Below, piece by piece: positions 46,661 to 55,736 of a stretch of DNA of 64,000 bases. Under the pieces are notes generated by a model that searched no databases, was not told the DNA's origin, and saw only the letters and a list, made by a program, of their open reading frames with translations. Positions within the stretch are counted from its first letter, which is position 1, and each line of letters starts with the position of its first letter. The position numbers and the translations under genes are program-made. The stretch lies in IMG/VR virus record IMGVR_UViG_3300018891_000001, positions 124,001-188,000 of that record, one strand, 5' to 3'.

Positions 46661-47260
46661 TCACCAGTTGATGGTACAGCTGCTATCACTCTCAAAATAT
46701 GGCTGAATAACTTCTTCCACTCGATAAAATACATCATTGTAATAAAAAACATTGCGATTTTGGAAATCACGTAGCTCTGGATACCCTTCGATTTTTTCCA
46801 CTTTTAAAATGATGAGGTGTTCATCAATATTTTCTAGATTTTCATAGTCCCAATCACTTGAAATTTCGTCTAACTCTTGTTCCAATTCATGTTTGTCTGC
46901 ATAAAACTCTATCTCATCACTATAATTATTGATGACAATATAGTGCATCGCTTCCTCTCGATCCATCTCAGCGTAAAAGGCATCTCGACAGGAACGGCAT
47001 TCATAATAATTCCCTGTTTGAAAAGAACCATAATCATGTTTTTCATGATAACATAATTCCTCGGTAGAACCGCATTTTCTGCATTTTTGTTCAATTTCAA
47101 AAGCTTCTAACGGCAGTGAATTAATGTAACGATGTGAGTCCAGGTAGGCATATTTATCACTGGCTCCGCAATACAGACATTCTGTTCCTTCAAAGTTTTC
47201 TGGTAATACACGACCGCAACGGTATTTTGAACAGTATTTCATCATAATCCTCCTTACCAT
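46661..47260 (-). CDS. Hypothetical multi-Cys protein
   Basis: Several CxxC pairs. Confidence 0.65.
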   Translation of the reverse strand: MVRRIMMKYCSKYRCGRVLPENFEGTECLYCGASDKYAYLDSHRYINSLPLEAFEIEQKCRKCGSTEELCYHEKHDYGSFQTGNYYECRSCRDAFYAEMDREEAMHYIVINNYSDEIEFYADKHELEQELDEISSDWDYENLENIDEHLIILKVEKIEGYPELRDFQNRNVFYYNDVFYRVEEVIQPYFESDSSCTINW

Positions 47261-47311
47261 TTATTCCATTTCTGTTTCCTATTGCCTACTTCAAATAGAA
47301 GGAGCGACCTC

Positions 47312-49753
47312 TTATAAAGCAAAGAGGTCTAGCTCCTGTTGCCCCTCAATAACTTGCTTCCGCTTTGGTACACCCTTATTGTATTCTCTAACGTTTTCTA
47401 CTTTCTTGATGACAGAATCAAACATGGATAAATAATCGTCAATGGCTTTACGAGTCCGACGAACATCTTCTTTTGTTGCACGACCGACCTTTGCTTCTTC
47501 TTCTACAAAGCGAATCAATCCTTGAGCAATCTTACGTACTGTATCAATACCGCCTTCAATTGGATTCATGATATAACCTTCATAATCCTGAAACTCCACA
47601 GCTTGCATTTCCTCAAAGGACTGATTTTTGCGGGCAAAGATATCATGTACCGTTTCAATATCTTCAAAGACATTATCATTAAGGAGCTGTTTGGCTAATG
47701 CATTCATGCCGTCAGAACTATCTGCCATGGCACGCAATCCTTCTTCAGAGAATTTTCCTTGCATAGCCATAGCTGCATCAATTTTGCGAGCAATATGTTT
47801 GAGAGCTTTCTCTTGAATCGTATCACGATACACATAGGTGTATACTTTTACATCTTTCGTTTGTTTGAGTCGCCATGAACGACGAGAGGCCTGCATGTAA
47901 TCATATGTGGAATAATCCAATTGGAAAAAGTGGATATTTGGAAAAGCAAGTAAATCTAATCCAACTTTCACCAATCGTGGATTGGTAATAAGAATGTCCC
48001 AATCGTGTTTCTCCATCATTCCATGAAGCCATTGTTCCCGTTGTTGAGAATTCTTTGGCATTCGAATCCCGTCATAGCTTCCACCATTTCGAAGAATTCC
48101 TACATTATAACCTCGACGTTTGAATTCTTCATACAAGTAAATATCCACTTGATTCCATGCTTCTTTTCCGGTGTATTTGACATAAATCAGATTCTTGCGA
48201 CCATGCTGATAAATTTCATCATCAATAATGCGGATCAATTGTTCTACTTTTCTTGGCACAAAATTTACTGGATCAAAAGTACGAGGAACTCCAAGAATAT
48301 GACGATGTCCATCTTTATCATATGTGACAATTTCTTCTACATTAAATGGTGTATCCGCATACTGATACATGGCATTGATAAAGGTAGAAATACTATTCAT
48401 GCCACCTAACCCTTCTGTTGAACGCATGGTTACGGCGACATCATGTGCAATTTGTCGATAAGCATCATGGTGTTCAGAACTCATATCTACCACTACCGGG
48501 ATTTCTCGATATGGCGGTAATGCATATCCCATGTCATTTAGTTCTAAGAAGGCACAATTATTCATCAGATGCATCGGGAATAAATGTGGTGAAATACCTG
48601 GTTTTTGTGAAGTCGTACGACGAATGCGACCATCTCGTGCACGAGTACTTCGCTCATTAATTCCATATCGACGATTAAAGAGTGATTCATCTTGATACGT
48701 AATGCCTTCCCGAAGAAGTCCTTTTGGATTTAAGCGAGCTAGTAAATAAAAAATATCTCGAGCCATTCCACCCATTAATGTCCCCGTTAGCAAAATTTGT
48801 TTTTCAGTATGGTTCACTAATTGGCCAAATGCAGTACCTGTTGTAGAATCTCCACTTTTGTACTCATGAACTTCATCAGCAATTAGGTATTTAAAGAATC
48901 CTCTTGGTAATTTCTTATTGATATACCAAGCTGGAGATACTTTTCGATATCCAGAATCCAGTGGAAGTTTTTCTGGCTGCCATAATACATATCCGCATTC
49001 TTGTTCCTCATCTGCCGGCACCCAACGATTACTATTGTAATCCAACTTCCATTCCTTAATTTCCTCTTTTGGTAAAAGAGAAGTTGGAACTTTGTTTCGG
49101 CAGCGATAATTTTCTTTGGTCATATTCTTTACCCAGTTCTTTGATGACTTGTTGTAAGTTTCAAAGAAATGTTCTTCTGCATATTCACCGCCACGTTCGA
49201 ATAATGGATTCCCACACTTTGGACAATAAAAACTGGTTTCGCCTACCGAATAAAACACATCAGGTCTTCCGCTCTCATAATTCCAGACTTCGTTTCGAAT
49301 CATGCGAACACGATACTCAGGATGAACAACTTGATGCATGCCATCTCCTCGTCGAACATGTCGAATTTGTTCAGGTTCTACGTCCTCTACAGAACGGAAT
49401 GTAATATCAGATTTATGAACACGCCAATCTTTGATAGGCTCCATCGGATAAGTAAACTTGGACAACTCAGAGCTCATGATGTAATATTCCCATTTCTCCG
49501 GTTTCTTGTATTTTATTTTTCCTTTTGCATCCATGTATTGGTTTTGTTCCTGGATTCGTTTTACGTCTAACCAATGTTGAATAATATGTGTTTCTACATT
49601 CGGTATTCGTTCTTTAATTTCCCGTGCCCATTTTTCTACCATAATGGAAGGACACAGGACAATAACCCGCTGTGGTTGAGGATTGGTTTCTACGTTTTGC
49701 AGCATTGCTTCTGTGATGTATGGAACTACTTCACCCATTGTGGTTTTACCTGT
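47312..49753 (-). CDS. SF2 (SNF2/DEAD-like) helicase, exon 2
   Basis: TGKT, IVLCP, LIADEVHEYK, LLTGT, GLDL, QASRRSWR. Confidence 0.85.
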   Translation of the reverse strand, partial: TGKTTMGEVVPYITEAMLQNVETNPQPQRVIVLCPSIMVEKWAREIKERIPNVETHIIQHWLDVKRIQEQNQYMDAKGKIKYKKPEKWEYYIMSSELSKFTYPMEPIKDWRVHKSDITFRSVEDVEPEQIRHVRRGDGMHQVVHPEYRVRMIRNEVWNYESGRPDVFYSVGETSFYCPKCGNPLFERGGEYAEEHFFETYNKSSKNWVKNMTKENYRCRNKVPTSLLPKEEIKEWKLDYNSNRWVPADEEQECGYVLWQPEKLPLDSGYRKVSPAWYINKKLPRGFFKYLIADEVHEYKSGDSTTGTAFGQLVNHTEKQILLTGTLMGGMARDIFYLLARLNPKGLLREGITYQDESLFNRRYGINERSTRARDGRIRRTTSQKPGISPHLFPMHLMNNCAFLELNDMGYALPPYREIPVVVDMSSEHHDAYRQIAHDVAVTMRSTEGLGGMNSISTFINAMYQYADTPFNVEEIVTYDKDGHRHILGVPRTFDPVNFVPRKVEQLIRIIDDEIYQHGRKNLIYVKYTGKEAWNQVDIYLYEEFKRRGYNVGILRNGGSYDGIRMPKNSQQREQWLHGMMEKHDWDILITNPRLVKVGLDLLAFPNIHFFQLDYSTYDYMQASRRSWRLKQTKDVKVYTYVYRDTIQEKALKHIARKIDAAMAMQGKFSEEGLRAMADSSDGMNALAKQLLNDNVFEDIETVHDIFARKNQSFEEMQAVEFQDYEGYIMNPIEGGIDTVRKIAQGLIRFVEEEAKVGRATKEDVRRTRKAIDDYLSMFDSVIKKVENVREYNKGVPKRKQVIEGQQELDLFAL

Positions 49754-50849
49754 CGATACCTTCTAGGTCGGGAATTTAACCCAACCACTCCCCTTTCGGA
49801 GAGGACGAGACTATATCATCACTCAGGCTCGGAGACAGCCTTCATCGTGTCGGGCGCTCGTGTCGGGTTTATTGGTCGGCATCCTCACCCGTTAGTCGTT
49901 GAACCTTCCTAGCTACTCAAGTGCCATTCGCTAGGCTTGGCTGCTGATTGCCATATCCTTTCGGACTTAGGTTTCCAGCAATTCACCCGATTTTACATGG
50001 GCTACAGGATAATGTTTTCGTTCCAGATAAATCGTTGCATTGTTGTAGAGGAAATTTACAAATTTCGCATACAATCCATTTCCACCGAATCGATAACCAA
50101 ATGCTCTTCCATTCTCTTTGTATTTTTCTCTTAGTGGCAATCCGTGTTCATGTAGAACTTTGGAATAAGCATCTAGGAATTCTTTTGTACCAATCACTTC
50201 TATATTCACTTGAGGTCTGGAATTATCTCTCGGATCATAGAAGTAATGAATGCTTCCATCTCCATCGAAATATCCTCTCATAAAATGATGCAATAAATGA
50301 TGTGGCACTTGCTCTTCTGTTGGGAATTGCAAGGTCAATGATTTGGCAGGCGTACAGCCTTTATCAATTAAATCCTGTACAATTTCCATCGATACGAGTT
50401 GTAATCGATAGCATAGATGACCATTCACGTTTCTTGGTTTGATGTCCATTTCAGGAGAGATAAAATCTCGAAATCGCTCAAGATGATTAACATCTTTTTC
50501 AGATAAGCTTAGTTCCAATGTTCCCCGTGGTTCATAAACTGAGCCATCGGCATATAAGAAGCCTAACCAATATGCTTTTTCCTCGGTATCGATTACTTTA
50601 AACGCATCGGTGTTGTGATTGTATTTACTTCTTCCTGTTGTCATCCCTCTGGATTTTATCTGTATCCCATCTGCTTTTAACATTTGGGATAATTTCTTGC
50701 GGTCAAAACCTGTGAGCTCTGAAATCTTTCTCAACGATTTACCTTCCAAAAACATTTGCTTTGCCATTTCATACATGTTATCACTCCCATAGGTATATTT
50801 CCTATACCCATAATAACATGCTATGAAATGCATTACGACCTGTTTGTTA
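49754..50849 (-). mobile_element. Group I intron 3, splitting the SF2 helicase Walker A, HEG in P1 loop
   Basis: P1 atgggt/gcccat with U.G; P10 cctgt/acagg; gaattgctggaaac, aatcagcagccaag, gttcaacgacta, gatatagtct; removal restores GEMG|TGKT. Confidence 0.92.
49967..50776 (-). CDS. Intron-encoded LAGLIDADG homing endonuclease
   Basis: YWLGFLYADG, FMRGYFDGDG; start ATG 50776 with RBS gggagtg. Confidence 0.9.
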   Translation of the reverse strand: MYEMAKQMFLEGKSLRKISELTGFDRKKLSQMLKADGIQIKSRGMTTGRSKYNHNTDAFKVIDTEEKAYWLGFLYADGSVYEPRGTLELSLSEKDVNHLERFRDFISPEMDIKPRNVNGHLCYRLQLVSMEIVQDLIDKGCTPAKSLTLQFPTEEQVPHHLLHHFMRGYFDGDGSIHYFYDPRDNSRPQVNIEVIGTKEFLDAYSKVLHEHGLPLREKYKENGRAFGYRFGGNGLYAKFVNFLYNNATIYLERKHYPVAHVKSGELLET

Positions 50850-51824
50850 ACCCATTTCTCCAACGATAAAACAAAAATCATCTTCCACCAATGTTTTAGA
50901 AACACCCATAACAGTATTGGCTTGCGGTGGATATAGACCTGTAATTCCTTGCTGATTGGCACATAAATTCACATCACGAAAAGCGGGATGATGTCGTTCT
51001 TTCTCCGGATCAAAACGAACAGCAATATTCTCTTGGATACGTTTTCCTAGCTCTGGTGCAAAGTGAGTTAAATAATCATCAATCGTCTGACAATGAGGTA
51101 ATATGGATTGACTTTCATCTCGGCCATCTTCTTCAATTGCAAAGTTTAACTCATATCCTTGAACTCCTTCTGAGATAATGTTTTCTAGCTGTTCTTCTGT
51201 AATCATAAGAAGTCCTGCTTCTAGAGAATAATTGGAACCAAAACACTTCACGGTAAGAGGTGTATAATAACCTTCCTCTTCTAGTCGTTCGACAATATAA
51301 TCAGTCCATTCCTCTAGCATTGGTGTATTATATCGGTCATTCAGAACATGAAACACTTGTTTTTTGTAATTACCATCCCATGCCAAAATGAGTTCAGCTA
51401 AATGGCTTGGAATAGATTCTGGATCTAGACCTTGATTGATTCGTTCTCTTTGTTCTGCTAACCATTGATTACGTGCTTTTAAATCTGGTTTTGCATTTTT
51501 GGCCACCATCAAAATATGAGTTAAATCATCAACTTTTAATACCTCTTCATCATACGGCTTTTTAGACGTAGGAATAGCAAAAACACTATGACGAATAAAT
51601 CCTGTTTCGTATCGATTTCCTTCAGCACGATAAATTTGTCCCGTTTTTCCATCTTGCATAAGCCATGCGGCTTGCTTTACTTTGGAATCCACACCAATCA
51701 AATTGGCTAAATAGATGACATTATCGCTATCTGTCACAAGTAGATCACAATAGGCTATGCCGCTTGAAGAATGACGGTTATACATTTCTAATGTATATAT
51801 TTCCGGCATATAAAGGCGTGGCAT
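50850..51824 (-). CDS. SF2 helicase, exon 1
   Basis: RBS gaggtg; ends LYPPQANTV...CFIVGEMG. Confidence 0.85.
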
Positions 51825-52035
51825 TTCTTTCACCTCTTTGTTTGTATTTTTTAGGCTTCCCATATTTTGATTTCATTTCTTATCCATCGTTTTTCAATAT
51901 TTCGTTGATGTTTATTACGGCGACGCTTATCTTTCCCTTTTACTCGTGGTGTTGGGTATTGCCCATCTTTTGTCCAATCCCAGTTACCATATGTTTTATT
52001 GGTTTCAATTTTAATTTGACGGTACATGTAATCAC

Positions 52036-53421
52036 CTACATGATTTTTCGGAATTGTCCTTTGGCATCTAAGATTTTTACGCCAATATTGTAAAATTCTC
52101 GTTCTACAACTTTGGTTAAGCCATCATCATCGGTTTCTGTAAATTCACGAACATCTTTAATGGCACTTCCTTTTACAAGATGCTGATCGGGTCCAGTGCC
52201 AATATATCCATTCAAAAATCCGGATGTGAGTAATAACATGATATGTCCTTTATGAAGTGGAGATGGTGTCACAGGATTATAGTTATTAAAAACTTGAGAA
52301 TTCTTCTCTTGATATACTTGCAATAACTTGGATTTTTGAAGGGATAATAAAGCTTCGCTTCCCGTAACCGGACCTACTCGGAATGATTGAATTTCATCTG
52401 GATGACAAGCCGGAACCTCATAAATAGGCTCCAATTGTGGTTCAATTACTCCATACATAGCATCCACTTTAGCTCGGAAGACTTGCTTTTCATATTGTTC
52501 ATGTCCTTCAGGAACTGTAATTTCACGAATCTTTCCAAAAGACTTATAAGGTCGTTCTTTGGTTCGAGCAATGGCCTTTCCTAATTCATAATGTTCTCGA
52601 GTCGCTTTCTTTCGTTTTTTGGCTAAGATAATGCATTTTCGATATTCAAGATATTCATCATCATCCAAACGGAGGATTCTAATATCTTCGTACTGATTCA
52701 CCAATTTAAAAGCAATCGTATCGTCAATAAATTCTTTTGGAGTAATCATGATTAAAATACCACCTGGGCGCAGGTATGTAGTTGCTCGTTGCAGCAGAAA
52801 CGCATCCCATCGCATGCTAGACATTTTCTTTTGTTGCTCTTTCATGGCCATGCGCCATGCTTTCACACGTTTTTCTAATTCGGCACGAATTTTTCTTTCA
52901 ATCCGCTCTTGACGCTGCTCTTCTGTTTCTTGGTCTTTCCGTTCGGTGTTATCTTCATTTAGTGCGCCAAAATCAATTTGCTTAGAAATTTGAGCTTGCA
53001 GTCGCTTCTTTTCTTCTTCTTGACGCAAGACTTGTTCTCGAATTTCTTTTTCAAAATTTGGCATATTATATGGATCAATCTGCTCAAACACTTCATGAAT
53101 CAATCGATCATCAACATAAGGATGAACCACCATAAGAGAGAAAACATCATTGGTGATCTTAGCTTCAGAGCGATAATCGGATTGGGAAACACGATAATAG
53201 GAATAAGTGTTTCTCATAGAATCACAATCCGCTGGTAATTCATCTACTCCATATAAAAAACGTTGGTCATGTTTTGAAGTTAACTGATGAAGAAAAGACC
53301 CATTGAAAGCTCTCCAGTCCATAGCAGTAATAGGTTGACCTTCCGGAAATTTTAAATACATTTGCAGCAATTTGGTTGTATATTGACTAAGCGGATGATT
53401 AATTTTCCATGGTTGTGACAT
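52036..53421 (-). CDS. SAM-dependent DNA methyltransferase-like protein (DUF6094-like), degenerate
   Basis: LYGVDE, LMVVHPY in place of NPPY, YLRPGGILIMITP. Confidence 0.6.
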   Translation of the reverse strand: MSQPWKINHPLSQYTTKLLQMYLKFPEGQPITAMDWRAFNGSFLHQLTSKHDQRFLYGVDELPADCDSMRNTYSYYRVSQSDYRSEAKITNDVFSLMVVHPYVDDRLIHEVFEQIDPYNMPNFEKEIREQVLRQEEEKKRLQAQISKQIDFGALNEDNTERKDQETEEQRQERIERKIRAELEKRVKAWRMAMKEQQKKMSSMRWDAFLLQRATTYLRPGGILIMITPKEFIDDTIAFKLVNQYEDIRILRLDDDEYLEYRKCIILAKKRKKATREHYELGKAIARTKERPYKSFGKIREITVPEGHEQYEKQVFRAKVDAMYGVIEPQLEPIYEVPACHPDEIQSFRVGPVTGSEALLSLQKSKLLQVYQEKNSQVFNNYNPVTPSPLHKGHIMLLLTSGFLNGYIGTGPDQHLVKGSAIKDVREFTETDDDGLTKVVEREFYNIGVKILDAKGQFRKIM

Positions 53422-53436
53422 ATTCTCATCTCCTTT

Positions 53437-53865
53437 TTAATGATGATAATCAACACATGTATACAAGTCTTCATAAACTTGATCAATGACTTCCATTGGT
53501 ACACCTGCATTCAGTAAACCTGTCACATTTTTTAAAGTCGGACCATGATATGTTTTTACATCTTTCCAAGAATCTGTACCATCAAGGGTTTCGATGGCTT
53601 CGCATTCAGTCACTATAAATGGACAGGGCGAACTTAATGTATATACCATAGATTCATCTGCATTTACTCCCTTGTATTCAAATCGAATCAAAGCTCGATA
53701 CCATTGACCCTCTACTTGAATACGTTTGTTTAGCATATAGAATTTCTGATTAGAACGACTATCCGTGTACCATCCTTTTCGTTTTAAGAAATGAAAGGTT
53801 CGATTGCTAATATTATTGGTTTCAATGGAAATACGATTACAGAGGTAAAGACGAATTAATTCCAT
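53437..53865 (-). CDS. Hypothetical protein (MELIRLYL...)
   Basis: RBS aaggagag; operator-like palindrome at 53881-53896. Confidence 0.7.
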   Translation of the reverse strand: MELIRLYLCNRISIETNNISNRTFHFLKRKGWYTDSRSNQKFYMLNKRIQVEGQWYRALIRFEYKGVNADESMVYTLSSPCPFIVTECEAIETLDGTDSWKDVKTYHGPTLKNVTGLLNAGVPMEVIDQVYEDLYTCVDYHH

Positions 53866-53880
53866 GATCTTCTCTCCTTA

Positions 53881-53907
53881 TTGTAATGCATTACAAATTA
53901 TATCATA
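53881..53907 (-). promoter_or_regulatory. -10 box with perfect palindrome TTGTAATGCATTACAA
   Basis: TATGAT on minus strand (53902-53907); palindrome 53881-53896. Confidence 0.7.
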
Positions 53908-53943
53908 AAAGTTAGGGAAAAGCAAAAAAGTTGAGGAAAATCC

Positions 53944-54486
53944 TCAACTTTTCATTCCCTTGATTCGCATTTGAATATCTTCTCGCAATGCTTGCTGTGA
54001 CTCATATCCAATCGGGTTAATGCCCAAGTCATAGTATATAACATCTAACACGATTTCAATTAACTGAGACTTGGTAATGGCACAGCCTCCATTAAACTGA
54101 TTGTTCGAGGAAAAGGTTCGCAACCACTCGAAGAGTTCCTTGTTGTAGCAATTAAAATTGGTCGCAACAGGTTTCACTCCATATGATGTCACGGACACAT
54201 CATCACGAGCGATTTGAAGGACTCCTGTTGGCAAGGAAGAATCCTTTTGAACTGCTACCATTGTATGTCGCACTTCTTTAACGGATTTTGCAACAGGTGT
54301 TTTTGGTTTTTCTGCCGTCATAACAGGTTCCACTGGTACATCTTCTACTATCATTTCCTCTTTTCTTGGCTCCTCTTCGATTTCTGGAATCGAAAATTTG
54401 ACTTTCGCACTTGGTTGCACAAATGGTGCTGAAGATGGACCTGAATTAGCATGAACTTGCTTCATCAACGCTTTAATTTTGTTCAT
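53944..54486 (-). CDS. Hypothetical protein
   Basis: RBS ggggg; C-terminal ITKSQLIEIVLD. Confidence 0.65.
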   Translation of the reverse strand: MNKIKALMKQVHANSGPSSAPFVQPSAKVKFSIPEIEEEPRKEEMIVEDVPVEPVMTAEKPKTPVAKSVKEVRHTMVAVQKDSSLPTGVLQIARDDVSVTSYGVKPVATNFNCYNKELFEWLRTFSSNNQFNGGCAITKSQLIEIVLDVIYYDLGINPIGYESQQALREDIQMRIKGMKS

Positions 54487-54578
54487 AATGGTACCCCCTG
54501 CACATATTTCCATAGGTTTAGTATATCGCAGGAAATAATGAGGGGGCAATTATTTATTATTTATTTTTTATGTTTTTA

Positions 54579-55346
54579 TTAACGTGGTGCAGGAGCACCA
54601 GGAACAGGAATGTTCACGGAACCATTTTGTTGCACTTGTTGTTGATACGCACTTTGGCCTCCTACAGCTTGTAATGCATTTAGAAGCTTTTCTAATTCAT
54701 CTACAGAAAGCTCATGAAGATGATTGAAATGTTTTACCGTTTGTGAAATCACTTGTGATAAATATTGCGGATTATGGCCTTGAGCCATGAGTTGCCCATA
54801 CATAGCGTTAATTTGATTTTCAAGACGAACTCGGTCTTGTTGTACTTGTTGCATATGTTGCACCTTCTTCATTTCTTCCTGAGAAGCCGATCCGGAATGA
54901 TATCCCATGTTGTCTAATGCACGACCTACTGCCGATTCTTCTGCATTCTCGACCCAAGCATTTTTATCGGCTCCTTTACCGCCGGCCATCGATAACGAAT
55001 AACCTGCTCCATCGGCTTTGGCTAAGACCGCTAAAGAAGCCAACGCAAGACCTGCATTTTGTGGAGTCACTGTATTAGCAATATTCGCAATCTTTTCATG
55101 AATACTTGAGTCTAATTCATCAAATGTCTTTTTGTCTTTCCAAATCAATGCTCCCATTACAATATAATTGGCAGCATAGTTCAAATCAGACATAGGAAAC
55201 GGTAAAATATGTGCATTTGGATGATCATTACGAAGACGCACTTTTCGAGATTTCACTGTTTCGTAGTTGTTTAAATCAAAGTTATTATAGTTTCCGTTAT
55301 TGTAATTCCCTTTATTGTAAGACATAACTAATCGTTCCTTTCCCAT
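54579..55346 (-). CDS. Sak/Rad52-like single-strand annealing protein
   Basis: YETVKSR...HPN and WVENAEESAVGRALDNMG. Confidence 0.6.
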   Translation of the reverse strand: MGKERLVMSYNKGNYNNGNYNNFDLNNYETVKSRKVRLRNDHPNAHILPFPMSDLNYAANYIVMGALIWKDKKTFDELDSSIHEKIANIANTVTPQNAGLALASLAVLAKADGAGYSLSMAGGKGADKNAWVENAEESAVGRALDNMGYHSGSASQEEMKKVQHMQQVQQDRVRLENQINAMYGQLMAQGHNPQYLSQVISQTVKHFNHLHELSVDELEKLLNALQAVGGQSAYQQQVQQNGSVNIPVPGAPAPR

Positions 55347-55363
55347 TATATTGAGATTATTTT

Positions 55364-55558
55364 TTAAGTCAAAATCAATTTGTCACCTGAAATCCCTTTT
55401 TGGTGGCAAGATGGACAACAAAACCAATACTCATCCAATTTCTTGATTTCATGAGCTTCTTCAATCGTAATAGAGCTATTACCATACTGGTAAGAAGTTT
55501 CCTTATTCCAGTTTTCAGAATCCGAAGTGTGTAAACATCGTGGACATTGAATGAGCAT
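55364..55558 (-). CDS. Small Zn-finger protein
   Basis: CPRC...CPSC. Confidence 0.65.
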   Translation of the reverse strand: MLIQCPRCLHTSDSENWNKETSYQYGNSSITIEEAHEIKKLDEYWFCCPSCHQKGISGDKLILT

Positions 55559-55571
55559 TCTTGATCACCTC

Positions 55572-55736
55572 TTATATATCTTGGGTATATCGTTCATGAA
55601 TGTTAATAGAGATTCCATGGCGTTCTTCTAATTCGTTCAGAATTTCTTCTAAACGATCAATGGCTTCTTGTTCTTGGATTTTAGATGAATCAAACTCCAT
55701 ATACGCATGAAGATGTAGTACCGCTTCTTTAGACAT
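55572..55736 (-). CDS. Small hypothetical protein (54 aa, not in ORF track)
   Basis: RBS aaggggg; overlaps the dnaG stop. Confidence 0.55.
   Translation of the reverse strand: MSKEAVLHLHAYMEFDSSKIQEQEAIDRLEEILNELEERHGISINIHERYTQDI

Noticed and set aside
23063-50849. Shared 12-mer TAACAAACAGGT in the intron 2 antisense leader and at the intron 3 5' end
   Set aside because: Only two copies of an AT-rich 12-mer with different roles; cannot be told from chance without statistics
7789-53894. Palindrome as the host CcpA cre, TnrA/GlnR or Rex site
   Set aside because: Lacks the central CG of cre, has the wrong spacing for TGTNA-N7-TNACA and the wrong arms for Rex; kept as a probable element-specific operator
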